Positions 10,937 through 22,965 of a stretch of 64,000 nt of DNA are shown in pieces. The translations under genes and the position numbers were made by a program. Source of the DNA: Minutocellus sp. GHC0000111 (lineage: Eukaryota). The stretch is from the NCBI GenBank assembly GCA_977018835.1, contig OZ361259.1, forward strand, positions 2,046,001 to 2,110,000. Direction: 5' to 3'. The notes under the pieces were generated by a model. The model was not told where the DNA came from. It made no database searches and saw only the letters and a list, made by a program, of their open reading frames with translations. Position 1 is the stretch's first letter; every line of letters starts with the position of its first letter.

Positions 10937-12189
10937 ATGGTCGACCAAAGCGCCGTGGCAGTGAGCTCAACCGACCCGTCCAACGCACCCTCGAGTGCGC
11001 CGGTGCCCCCCAACGATGTGGTGGACGTGACGGTCCACCCGCTCGTCCTGCTGAGCGCGGCCGATCACTACCACCGAGTGGCCCGAGGCACTCGCAAGCG
11101 TGCCGTCGGGGTCCTCCTCGGCACCGTGTCGAGGGGTCGGGTCGATGCCACGAACTCGTTTGCTGTCCCGTTCGAGGAGGATTCGAAGAATCCGGTAAGT
11201 TCTATTGCGCTGTATGTTGACAAATCGTTGGACCCACCTGGAATTCCTCGCATAATTGACCTTTGAACGCGGCGGTATCTTGAGCGCACACATGTATCTG
11301 ACCTCTAACCTCATTTATTTTTGGCCACACGCACGCCCTGTCCAAAATACCACAGGCTGTGTTCTATCTCGACCATAACTTCCTCGAGAATATGCTTCAC
11401 ATGTTCCGCAAAATCAATGCCAAGGAGAGAGTGGTCGGCTTCTATTCCACTGGACCGCAGATCCGCCCCAACGACCTTCGTATCCATGCCCTCCTCAAGC
11501 GCTTTGTGCCGCCCGAGACGTCGACTCCGCCGGTCTTTGTCATCATCGACGTCCGTCCCGACCGGGAATCCATCCCCACCACGGCCTACCGCGTGGTTGA
11601 GGAGGTCGACTCCACCTCCTCCGGCGGCGGCGCCGGTGGCGCCAAGACGTCCGAGGTGCACAGCACCTTCGCCCACGTCCCATCCCTCATCGGGGCCGAA
11701 GAACCGGAGGAGATTGGCGTCGAGCACTTGCTCCGTGACATCAACGACCCCACCGTGTCGACCGTCACCTCCCTCATCAAGGCCAAGTTGTCCGGCCTTT
11801 CGGCCCTGACCGAGAAGCTCGTGGAGATGAAGGACTACCTCGAGGCCGTCGTCGAGGGTAGGATGAAGGTCAACCAGGAGATCGTGGCCAACATGCAGAC
11901 CATCCTCAACCTCCTCCCCAACCTCAACGTCGACGAGCTCGTCAAGTCCATGCTGATCAAGACCAATGACATGCACATGGTCATTTACCTCAGCGCTCTG
12001 ATCCGGAGTGTCATTGCTCTGCACGATCTTGTCAACAACAAGATCAAGTACAATCTCGAGGAGGGTGATTTGGAGGAGGACCGGAAGAATAAGACCGCGG
12101 CGGGCAAGGACGCCGGCAAGAAGGGCGACAAGGGAGAGGAAGAGAAGAAGGAGGAGGATGGTGATGGCGAAAAGAAGGAGAAGAAGTAA
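10937..12189 (+). CDS. RPN8: 26S proteasome lid subunit RPN8/PSMD7 (MPN domain); intron 11195..11355
   Basis: [102 protein letters not shown]. Confidence 0.95.
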
Positions 12190-12455
12190 AGAAAAAGGTT
12201 GTTTCCTGGGGATACATGAATGCTGACCATCAGTGCTTTGGCAGGTCTTGAAGATGTCGGCTTGCTTGTGGCCGTACCTTTTACACATATGCGTAGATCT
12301 ATACCGGTGCCGGTACACATGACGTTCGGTGTGTCGACGTTTATTTATTAACATGCTATAGGCAATTGCGTAGTAAACTAATCTAACGCATCGTCTGGCC
12401 AGAGCCGACTTGGACACGGTGCGGTAAGCGGTATATAGAATCTAGATCTTCATGT

Positions 12456-13168
12456 ATCGCCTGAGTATGTCAATATGATAAAAAACGACTATGTAGAAAA
12501 TTGTTATACATGTACATGAATTGTCAGGTCGGAGTATGCTCGAAAGGTCAAGAGGATTGATCAGATCTTCGCTCCAAACGTAGTGGGGAACGGCAACGAT
12601 GGCATTTCCGGTCCATTTCAGAATGCCTACAATACCTTCTGTAGGGGAGGCGTCATTCCGTTTGTCATCGGAGCGTACGGTGAGACCAACGAAGACTTTC
12701 AAGAGGTGCTGAAAGTATGTGCTCGTATGGCGGTAGCTCGGGGTGATGCGGTGCACAACTCGCCCATTTTCGAGACTGAGGTCAAGGGTGGAGCTTATTC
12801 TGTCACCCTACACCTGTATCGTCGAGCGCTTGCCGGTGCCATTGCCCGAGGTCTCTCCCTGCACAAGAGGTCACGATTGCACTTTGTTCGAGGCTCGAGG
12901 GTAGAGGCAGCTAGGGTCGCTGAGGATGCAAAGAATCATTATGAGAGTGGCGGATGCTCTAATGGTGACGGTTTCTCGGCACGTCATTCGAGTCGAGAAT
13001 ACGGTTACTACGAGCAATTTAGAGGCTTTAGAAGTGGACCTGAACGGCACTATGAGTAATTATTTGTTGCTATCTCTGCTTGTTCTAACCTATTTTCTTT
13101 ACTTCCCATCGCCTGAGTATGTCAATATGATAAAACGACTATGTAGAAAATTGTTATACATGAATTGT
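12456..13168 (+). mobile_element. 5'-truncated non-LTR retrotransposon fragment (RLE/CRE-like C-terminus, ~12532..13059) between ~60-bp direct repeats
   Basis: Reading EYARKVKRIDQIFAP..GPFQNAY..GGVIPFVIGAYGETNEDF..RRALAGAIARG resembles the end of restriction-like endonuclease domains of CRE-type LINEs. Repeats at 12456-12524 and 13108-13168. Confidence 0.6.
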
Positions 13169-13612
13169 AACTTCTACACAGAGAATCTAAGAAATTCCGG
13201 CATTTTTCTTTGCTGGCTGATTTGTTCGTTCTTCAATCTAACTCGATGTAGATAGTTACGGTGCATGTACATACATGCATGAACACTCCAACAATGACCA
13301 TTGTCGATGACCGTCCCGTCGCATCTGCACTTTCCCGGTCCAAAGCATCTCAAAAACCGGAAGCGCCCCCACTGTGATAACGAGTGAGTTTCTGAGCGAC
13401 ATTTCTGAAGGACATGTCTGCAGTTTTCGCCTTCGGTTTGCTTGGGCCTGCCATAAACACTCACAAAACGAGAAGTGTCGCCCAAGCAGTTTTTCGCTCG
13501 GCCTCTGCCCAATCATTTATCTCGCCTCCAGCATACACTACCACATTTTTATTCACCAACAAGCACCGCTTCTCCCCGCCCACATCATAGCAGCAAGATG
13601 TTTATTTGCAAT

Positions 13613-14952
13613 ATGAAGTCGACCAAATCACCGTCCACAGACATCAACTCGCCAGGCCTACTACATGTGAGCCACCAAGACCAGAAGCTTCCACCCCAGA
13701 ACGGTCAGGCGATGTTACAGGTGCCCAGTGGTAGCTACCCTCGTCGAGAGCTTTCAACGATGATGATACATCAAATAGACTGAGCAAGAAGCCAAAGACC
13801 TCACCGTCGTTGACGTCAAGCCTTGTCGCCGCCTCCTCTACGTACCCCTTACCATCACTACAAGCCCAGGCGACCGCCGGCTCACTAAAAATCATCCCCA
13901 CCACAACCAACAGCGTTGTTGCTGCTTCAGGTTCAGGAATGGAGGCACCGGCGGCAGCGCCATATAATCCAGGTCTTTCAGCGGCATACATTACTACATC
14001 AGCAGCAGGATTGCCTTTCCACCAAGCTCATGGGCAAGGCATAAACAACCTTCAATCCACATCTATCCCTAATCTCAGTGGCAGGAATGTTCTTCCTATG
14101 GCATCATCGGCCCAGCATTACGCCAGTGGACTTGTCACTCAATTAAATATTGAGAAGGCACTGCTTATTGAGAGACTAAAGCTACAACATTACAGAAACC
14201 TCCTCTTAGAGAGGACCAAGCAGGAAGAAGAAAGACGAAATCAAGTCCTTGCAGCACAACCAGACCCTTCCTTTATTGAAGCATCGATGACTGGTAGCTC
14301 ATGGACTGCTGTGCCTCATAATATGACAGGTGCCGGTTTCGCAGGTCAAGATACCGGTGTCACCCGTCAAAATCTACGCCTCTCACCGAGTGCACTCCGC
14401 TTCGTCGCCGAAGACTTCAAGGTTTCGCCATGCGATCCTACCAGTAAGATTTCAGATAGTATCGTCCCTACAGCTGGCGCCCTGGAAAGCTTGCCTCGTT
14501 GCCTTCTGCTACCTATCGACGAAAAGAAGATATCAAAGTACCAGTGCCTTCTTCGAAAACACATTGAAGCATTTGAGGCGAGTCAAGATGACATTGAGAC
14601 TCACTCCCGAGGCCGATCGCGCAAGATCGTCATTGGTCAAGTAGGCATCAGATGCCGCCACTGCCGAGGTCATCTGGCAAAAGGGTCAATTTACTTCCCC
14701 GGGACCCTAAGTGGCATCTACCAGAGCGCTCAAAACATGGCCCTTCACCATATTAATCCGAGAGATGAAGCATCAAGATGCAAGGCAATGCCGGCAGACG
14801 ATGTTAGCCAATTCCAAACTCTCCTTAGTAGCAAGTCTAATATAGGAGGAGGCAAAGGTTATTGGTCAGAGGCAGCCACTATGCTTGGTTTGATGGATAC
14901 GCCACATGGGATTCGATTTATTGGAAGGCAACCTGTGAGCAAAGCCGCTTAA
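13613..14952 (+). CDS. Protein with a diatom-type 'GQVGIRCRHC..YFP' Cys/His domain (putative DNA-binding); frameshift at ~13745-13750
   Basis: LRKHIEAFEA..GQVGIRCRHC..GSIYFPGTLSGIYQSAQNM..H..C..YWSEAATMLGLMDT..GIRF. Removing one GA in cgagagct joins the upstream ATG at 13613. Confidence 0.7.
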
Positions 14953-15235
14953 TTATCATAAAGGCAATACTATAGTCAAGACTCTGTAGTAGTGGCTTTT
15001 GGCGTACGACTACCGGTAGCTAGCTGAGGCGGGAAGGAGCCCGGAGGTCATATTTGTATGTGCATCGCCGATATCCGGATCGCCAAGATATCAATAGACA
15101 CGCTACAGCGATACTCTCTTCTTCGAAGACTCTGTATAATATTTTTCAGTACAACTGTACATCAGTTGATTTTATAAGCCAGCATTAGAGGCTTAATATT
15201 ATCCCCCAATTTGTCGACCGGTAAACTACAACGAA

Positions 15236-17698
15236 CTAAGCTGCTCGACTTCTTTTAATACGTGGCTCAGGATCGTCTGACCTCGGCAGATTCCCTGTTG
15301 TAACGCCAAAAAGATCGATATCATTGGACGAAGCATCTGATTCAGATCTGCCGCGTTTTTTCAATGAAGACGATGATGGAGCCTTTTTGAGCGAAGAGGC
15401 GGAGGACGAATCTTTATATTCCTCATTGGAAAGAAGATGAAGAGAAGAGGAAGACTCATCTTCATCTGTCGGTGGTTGGATTTTGCCATGGAGCCTCTCC
15501 CATATTTTGGTAAAGAGGGCTTTCTGACTTCCAAAGGGAAGGTCGGATCGCTCCGACGCGTGAGACTCGTGCGCTTGTTTCAATTCTTCTCGTATTTCCT
15601 CTGGACAGGACCGACAGCGAAGTAAGTGCGCACTGAGAACGTTGAGGGTCTTGCTCGTGTCAGAAAGAGTCTTTAGAGAACTTGGGAAGTAACGACCGCT
15701 GCCAAATTGAGGGGGGCTGTAGCAATGCCGGCATGCGATTCCAGCAAAGCCAATAGGTAGACCCTTGCGCTTCCCAAGTCGATCGGCCTCAGTAAATCTA
15801 CAGGACAAAATCTGAGAAAGAAGGCAGAATGTGAATCTCGTCGTTTCCCCTCGATCTTCGGGATATACAAGGGCCTGGGGTTGAGCGTAGGCTTGGGCTT
15901 GGGCTTGTGCCTGGGGCTGGGCGGTGCTTGTCTGATCTCCAACAGACCCTGTGGTAAACGTCGTCGAAGAATGATAATCATCGTCTGGGTCGATGATTGG
16001 TGACTTCGTTGGGGAAGTAGAGGACGTATCTAGGTGTGCTTTCGTCGGCGTTGTGTACCAAATAGCATTCTTCTTATCGACGAGTCCAAGAGCCTTGGCA
16101 GATTCTATCCAATCTTTTTTGGACATCCCCGACCGAGCCTCGTCAGACTTTAGTTTCTTGTAGGTTTCCTGAATTTCTTTAGGAACCATGTCGCAGTGGT
16201 TAAAGTGTCGTTGTAGAAGATTCATCGTGGCGTTGTACATGGCTGAAATTTGGAGGGGATAATAGACAGATCCTTGTCGATATGCGCCGTAATTGCCCAC
16301 TTTAAGAGGGGAGCAGTGAGGACATCGAATACCAACCTGATGTAGTGAGATGGTGCGGCGCTTTCCCCTTGAGGGGGCGTCAACATCTTTCTGTGTAGCC
16401 GTGAAGACGTCAACGATCTTCTCGCGTACAAAGCAATAAAGAGGAGTGAGCCATTGATTATCGGTTGGCATAGCCAGAGGACGAGGCGTCGGAAGAATTT
16501 CGTGGGCCGGTGCGGATTGTTCTTCGGCGTTTGGCCTTTTCTTCTTTTTCTTTTCGGCTTCATCTTTTGAACGAGGAGCTGTTAGTGGCTCGTCGTTCGC
16601 CTCAGCCAGGATATCCTTCTCCTGTATCACTTGGTTGGCAGAAATACCGTAGATAGGCTCGGTGATGCCAAGCTGGTCCAAAAGATCGTTGGGGTCTTCT
16701 TCGTTCAAGGTAAAACCTCCTAGATCTTTGGAATCCTGGGAAATCGCATAGGAAGACGAAGTTGGTGTGCGGCCTGAATGAGCGTTGATAGTCGGGTCTG
16801 TCTCTTGAATGTTACTATTAGATTTTGTGGTCGAGGTGTTGGTTGCGGCAGCCGCCACGGCAAAAGAACTTGATACGAGTTGTTGATCTTGGCCTTGTGA
16901 GGCATTCACATCTTCTTCAGTCTCGAGACGGTCGAAATAGGCCGTTGCAGTAGCAAAAGAAGGCAGCGGCCTTGCTGCGTTTGTCGACAACGAAGATGAA
17001 GGAATACTACTCCCAACACCCGATGATGGATGAGAAAATCGATTCCTACCTTCGCTCTCCATTGCTGCCGCAGCGGTGGCTGTTCTCATGGCTGCAATAT
17101 GTTGGTCAAGCTGGGCACTTATATCGGCAGCATCCTTGTTCTGCCAAGAAAATGTGTCAGTGGCAAAGCTGAGCTTGGGAGATGAGAGATTAAGTGGGCC
17201 ATCTGGAATAAGGCTCGTCCTTTTCCTAGTACTATGAGATGGAAGATCAATAGTTGGTAGGTTGCTCTCGACATTCAGTGGAACACTCGTACCGCTGGTT
17301 GGCTTTGTAGAAGCAGAAGCAGAAGCATAATACTCGAATGGAATGGGCTCCGTAGAGTTTGCCCCCCAAGGGGCATATGGTGTCGATGTCGTCATTCCTT
17401 GCTGCTTCTCTTCCTCGCGACTTTGATAGTCCATGTACTGGTCCACAGCATTAGCAGCAGCCGCTACTGATGCGGTTGCAGTACCACTAGCTGCTTTCGC
17501 CAACCCTGCCGGTTCAAGCGATGGTCGACGTAGGCCTTCAGTGAAGACGTCTCCACCCATTGTGATTCGCTGGTCGTCATCGGCATCTCTACTAGGCCTC
17601 TCGTTGTCGCCGAGGCGATTGCGTGGCACTTGCGGTTCGGTTTGGTTTCGCTCGCGGGCGTAAGCGCCATCGCCTCCACTACCACCTCCGTGCTGCAT
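15236..17698 (-). CDS. Protein with two diatom-type Cys/His domains (HQVGIRCPHC; GFAGIACRHC)
   Basis: 820-aa ORF: low-complexity N-terminus, then FVREKIVDVF..QVGIRCPHC..SVYYP..HFNHC and GIACRHC..GRYFPSS..HLLRC..C. Confidence 0.8.
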   Translation of the reverse strand: MQHGGGSGGDGAYARERNQTEPQVPRNRLGDNERPSRDADDDQRITMGGDVFTEGLRRPSLEPAGLAKAASGTATASVAAAANAVDQYMDYQSREEEKQQGMTTSTPYAPWGANSTEPIPFEYYASASASTKPTSGTSVPLNVESNLPTIDLPSHSTRKRTSLIPDGPLNLSSPKLSFATDTFSWQNKDAADISAQLDQHIAAMRTATAAAAMESEGRNRFSHPSSGVGSSIPSSSLSTNAARPLPSFATATAYFDRLETEEDVNASQGQDQQLVSSSFAVAAAATNTSTTKSNSNIQETDPTINAHSGRTPTSSSYAISQDSKDLGGFTLNEEDPNDLLDQLGITEPIYGISANQVIQEKDILAEANDEPLTAPRSKDEAEKKKKKRPNAEEQSAPAHEILPTPRPLAMPTDNQWLTPLYCFVREKIVDVFTATQKDVDAPSRGKRRTISLHQVGIRCPHCSPLKVGNYGAYRQGSVYYPLQISAMYNATMNLLQRHFNHCDMVPKEIQETYKKLKSDEARSGMSKKDWIESAKALGLVDKKNAIWYTTPTKAHLDTSSTSPTKSPIIDPDDDYHSSTTFTTGSVGDQTSTAQPQAQAQAQAYAQPQALVYPEDRGETTRFTFCLLSQILSCRFTEADRLGKRKGLPIGFAGIACRHCYSPPQFGSGRYFPSSLKTLSDTSKTLNVLSAHLLRCRSCPEEIREELKQAHESHASERSDLPFGSQKALFTKIWERLHGKIQPPTDEDESSSSLHLLSNEEYKDSSSASSLKKAPSSSSLKKRGRSESDASSNDIDLFGVTTGNLPRSDDPEPRIKRSRAA

Positions 17699-18825
17699 GC
17701 TGATTCACTTATCTTTGCAATTTGCTCCTCACTTCTTTCACAAGTTATGGCAGTGATGAAAAGAGAACTCAACTTTCAATTTGATCGAACTGGAGGATGC
17801 ATTTGCGGAGAATGTGCGGAGAACGGACAAAAGTCGGAGCATTCGAAGTTCCGGAATAAGTCTCCTTTATGTCAGAAGTTCGTGCTCTCCTATTAGATTT
17901 TTTTGCCTATAATCTCATCGATGGGCCATAAGAAACCACGCGTGTCTTTGGGAAAATCACGAATACAGTACCGGAGACCCGCAAATCCAGCGCGCAGAAC
18001 GCTTCGGATTTGGACGGGCGGAGTCCGTCCTGAAAAAAGAGAAGGAGGAAGCACATGTCTCGAGTGTCTCATGCGACATCTTGGTTTCCAAATTCCCGTC
18101 TTTCTGACGTATGATACCTAAAAGAGCAGCCGATGTGTCAGATGTGGGCTACAGCTGACGAAGTAAAGAAAGAGTCGGCAGGCGAGTTTTTGGCTCATCA
18201 CTTCTCTTTTTAGTTCGCTGACTCATCACACACCGTCCTTTTCAACCTTTCAATTATCATCATTTCAGGCCTTTTACATCTGCCCTCCCCAGCACCATAT
18301 CTCAACAATTATCGAAACATAAACTGCCCTCCCCAACACCGTTTCTCCACACAAATATGGAGCGAGGTCCCGAGATGAAGAACAAAGGCCGGTGGCGCCA
18401 GTGCCAGGCCTACCGTGTACCGGTACCCTGATTGGGTACACATACACATGTACCGGTACATGTAGTCAGGTTCTACGAGTAGAATGATGACTCTACAGAG
18501 GCCTACATACTGTAGATCTGCGTAGCTAGTCTAGGTACGTAGCTAGAGTCTAGATCTACGAATTGGTACATTGGAGGCCCAACATGCAGGTTGTGCAAAA
18601 AAGTTATATATATATAATATAGACTCTATAATACATAAAAAATTTTAATGTGGCTATATATATTAGAACGCCCTCTGTCGGTGTTAGATCTACACATATC
18701 TATGTTACGGATGAGTTTCCATGGGAAAAGTTCGGTTGGTGATCCCTCCCTCATCGCTACTGATACACGTAACTCGGTTGCTTGATGTAGACACTATGCT
18801 GGCCTGCCACATCCTCAGCGAGAGT

Positions 18826-20042
18826 CTAGAGCGACGGTGGTGTCTCCTGCGCAATCCTTTTTGCGGCAGCGGCAGCAGCAGACTGCTGCTCCGCAGTACC
18901 CCCCTTCACAAGCTTGCCCGTTGCCTTTTTAATTGCCTCTTTGGCCCTATCGTCGTCATAAACGTCTTCACCAATCCCGAGCTTTGGATTCGATAAGAAT
19001 TCGTTCTGGGCATCTTCGCTCTGATAAACGCACGACAGCTGCGGCTTTTCATCCAGTTCTCCAACAAAAGCCCAGGTATTCTATCAATCCCAATCCACCA
19101 CACACGAATAATTTAATATCGGACGCGCAATTCGTAAGAGACCAATAATTATATTATTTAAAAAGCACAAGCATGTCAAACTAAACAAATGTAAGAGCAC
19201 AATCAAAGAAAAGTAAACAAACTTACCATATTGCGCTTGCAGGCACGAACTTCGTTGTCATTGATCAAGCCGGACTGCTGAAGAACTTGCACAACATTGG
19301 ATTGCCTCAAAACGCAGGCGGGCTTGACATCGGCCTGGGCAACGTACACATTGAACGGGTTGAAGGAGACGAACACTCGCTGATCGAAGGCCATGGCCGA
19401 CGCTCCGTAGCGGGCACAAACCACGGGGTTAGGAGCATTCTGATCGATGGCATCCCTGGAGGCAAGATCCTTGGGATTAGTGTTGATTTGCGAATCGATG
19501 GTAACGCCTGTTCCAATACCAAGGACGAAGATTCCTGCCAGGACTGCCTTGGACACTGAATCCGGAAGACGAAGACCTGACCTCAATCCAAAGGGGGATG
19601 GAACCTGCATCTGCGACCCATCCCCTGCTGTTCCCAGATCGTCCGAGGAGATTGGTCGGCGTCTACTCCTCCGGCGTCTCGGTTCCTCGTCATAGTAGTC
19701 ATCCTCGTCGTCGTACGCATATCCGTCACCATCGTAATACAAGTCCTTGTCGCCATAGCCGTCTTCCTCATCGTCATCGTCGTCATATCTGCGCCGCCGC
19801 CGCCGAGCTTGCAATCGAACCAAACTAGCAGATGACAGTGACGACAAAGACAGCGCATACTGATCACTTTTTAAATCACGCAAGGATGGCATTGACTGAA
19901 GCGGTGATGGAACAACATGTACAAACGCTGATGCCATGGGGAGGGTGCAACATACGCACGTGGAGGCGGCAACGGCAAGGAAGACCTTGGCAGCCGCCGA
20001 CTTGGACGAGGAAGCACCGGACGTGCGGGCCAATTTCGACAT
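18826..20042 (-). CDS. DUF3172-family plastid protein; intron 19226..19081
   Basis: Signal peptide plus ASA-FV; AVLAGIFVLGIG..C..YGASAMAFDQRVFVSFNPFNVYVAQ..PACVLR..CKRNM|NTWAFVGEL..CVYQSEDAQNEFL. Confidence 0.85.
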
Positions 20043-20384
20043 AATTTAATTCTTATTTCGACTCCAATACGTGCGTGAATCGACGAGATAAAGCAACCCG
20101 TAGAAAAGCGCGGCCGGTGCCGTCTTATTGCTTCCTTGGCCGAGTTGCACTGGCTTACTGGCTTCCGAGAGTGGCGTTGAAGTCAAGTCGTCATCGTCAT
20201 CGCATCGTCAAGTCGTTGAAGTTTTCGTGGTGGTCTGGCCGTCGTATGGCGCGGCAGGCTTTACTACGTAGCTACGTAGGAGCAATTCCTACCTAGGCCT
20301 AGGTACGTAGTAGAGCTTGCTTGCGATTTGCGATATCTCGCAAAAATCCGCGCCCGTCTCATTCTTCCCACACCCATCGTCACC

Positions 20385-22965
20385 ATGAGCGACAGCGACA
20401 GCGATTCATCCGACGATGATCTCCTCGCGGGAGGTCCCACCTTTGGTAAGGCGGCATCTCGCAAGGAGAAGGCGAACGAAAAAAAGCAGCTCAACTTTTT
20501 GGATAATATCATGTCGAAAGCTACCCAGCGCAAGGAGCGCAACGAACGCATTGGGTCGCTCATGGCCGAAGCCAACGCGGCCAGAGCTGCTGCTGCTGCC
20601 GCCGCCGCGGCAGCCGAGGCATCGGCGACAAATGGGGGAGAAGTCAGTCCAAGCAACACTAGTGGGCAGGGCGCATCGCCCTCCGTCGCATCGGCGACCT
20701 CCTCGGCCAGCAAACAGTCTGCTGTTGGCGGAACAGCCCCAACCAAGCGGGCAATGAACACATATGACGTGGACGATCCGGAGTACTGGGAGCGGGTCAA
20801 TGCCGCAAGAGGGCCTCGGAATAGCGCCGAAGGACGGGCCAAGCGTCGGAGGCAGATCGATGACGCGGTGGACGGTATCGACGACCTGTCTACCGATGAA
20901 GAGGGAGATGCCGATGACGACAGTCCCGAGGCACGAAAGCGCAAGAAGGCTCTGGCGTCGGCCCGGGCGACGGGACTGAGCACCCTGCTCGGAACGCGCA
21001 AGGTGTTTTTACCGGCTGGAATGGAAGTGAACAATGACAGCAATTCTGGCAACAGTCCACGTAATGGGTCCTCTTCGTTGCCATTCCGTGTCATTGGTGG
21101 GACAACTCCGAGGACAACTCCGACGTTCGCATCTACCAATGACGCTCTTACGGCGCTACAAAAGATCCTGGATTCTCTCACCAAGTCTGCAGGTAAGAGA
21201 GGGCCTATGGATCGAAAGAAGGTCGAGAAGGACGTCGAAATTGCCATCCTTAGGTCTCTCAAGGCAGCCTGCGAAGGTGGTACTCTAGTCCTGAGCCAGT
21301 ATCTCTCGCATGGAACCCTACCCAGTGTTTGTTCCGACAAAGCACTCCCCTTGCCGCGTCAGCTGGTGACTTGGTTGTTCCTTGCAAGCTGCTCTGGTGC
21401 TGCTATTCGCACACTATCATTCGGGGCGTGTCAGACATTAATGACAATCATCAAATCAAAGATTCGTATCGTCGATTTTGGCGCTGGTGACAACATCAAC
21501 GTGAAGGTTGCCATGGTTGCTGATTTGAAGCCGGGCTTGGAGATATTGTTTCGGCTCTGGTCTAAAGAGGGACCACCTCCCGCCACAGCGGAGGAAGCTT
21601 CCGAGAATGAAGAGGAAGAAGGTGATAGTAAGAAGAAGAGATATCGGGCCTCGGATTCGTACCTAGACAATTTGTCGGGTCTCACCCATTTCTGTTCCGT
21701 CTGGGCGACGGCATTGGACTACGACTGCGTTGTGACGAAGAAAGCAAATGTCAAGAAAGAGGAAAACGAGGATACTGATCCGGCATGGGATGATGACGAA
21801 TCAAAAGACGTGACGTTGGCTGTTGCAGCTCTCGCAAGGGCGAGCCTCGATCCTACTTTTCACTCTGGAAGGCACGAGTAAGTCAAAGCTGCATATCATG
21901 TATATATTGGTTGGGTTGCCAGCAAGTCCAATCATACGACCAGCAAGTCCAATATACGATTCTGTACGCATCACCCATCTTTATCAACACAAATTCTTAT
22001 GCCTCATTTTAATGATTTATTCTCCTTACGCTCTTCTACAACTTTGCAATAGTCTAATCAATTCTCTCAAGTGGCTTGTTGTTGCTTTGACGGAGTATAA
22101 TGCGCGACGTTTGGCAGGACGCGGTAGCACCTCCGACGCCGATGCTTCCAAGCTTTACACTTCCATGGCAAAGGCGGTATGCGATGCATGTTCGGGTCTG
22201 TCTGTCGGTCCCGAAAAGGCAGCAGATGAGGACGATGAGGAGGGGCTGCTTCCGATCTCGCTGGGAATCAGAACACTTCCGATCGAACACTGTTACGGCC
22301 GATCGTCGACCTCTGCCTTGAAGCTCAAGGCTGCGACAGTTTTGTGCGCTTTCAAGATGTGCTTGGAATGCGATGATGATTGGTGGGCCAATTCGGTCAA
22401 AGAAATTTTTGCAAAGTATGCCAAGGAACTGGAAGATAAAGAGCTTTCTGATAGGTGGCGCATCATGACCAGTACTGAAGTCGGTCTTCGGAGAATTCAA
22501 TCAGCTGGCAATGATATTACAAGCGATTATCCAAGATTTTTGGCATGCATTGAAATCTCTGTCACCTGTGCGGAGATGGGTATGGCGTTGTTCTCCTTGC
22601 TTGAGCCAAGTCCTGACGGTGAAGGAGGAATCTATGGGAGTATCGACCAGGCAGAGGCGATGTGCCAACTGTTGGAGAGTCTCGAAATTCTGTGCAACCA
22701 GCTGAAAAAGAATCTCCCATCTGTCTTTGCTTACCCTCATCTTCGACGAGGAAAGGACGTTCTAACACTCCTCTCCGTTTATTTTCGTCATCAAATGGTC
22801 GAGGCCAGCGCTTTGGCTCAACGCAAGGGAGATGTGAATCTAAAGCAGAAGAGCTTGGCCAGCTTCAGGTTCAGCCTCGGTGGCGAATCACAGCTTGATT
22901 CATCGCAAATTGAAACGCAGCGAGGAGGAGAGGATGAAGGTGATGATGATGATGGACGATGGTGA
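20385..22965 (+). CDS. Large hypothetical protein (acidic/basic disordered N-terminus, helical C-terminus); intron 21878..22052
   Basis: Two long ORFs joined in frame by GTAAGT..TAG (HSGRHD-LINSLKW); family not recognised. Confidence 0.7.

Noticed and set aside
18279..18360. Two degenerate ~45-bp tandem units (ctgccctcccca..)
   Set aside because: Only two diverged copies with no TIR or TSD; likely a local duplication.
20385..22965. Assignment as an SLF2/Nse6-like SMC5/6 factor
   Set aside because: Only a vague resemblance (LVTWLF segment); cannot be supported without a profile search.
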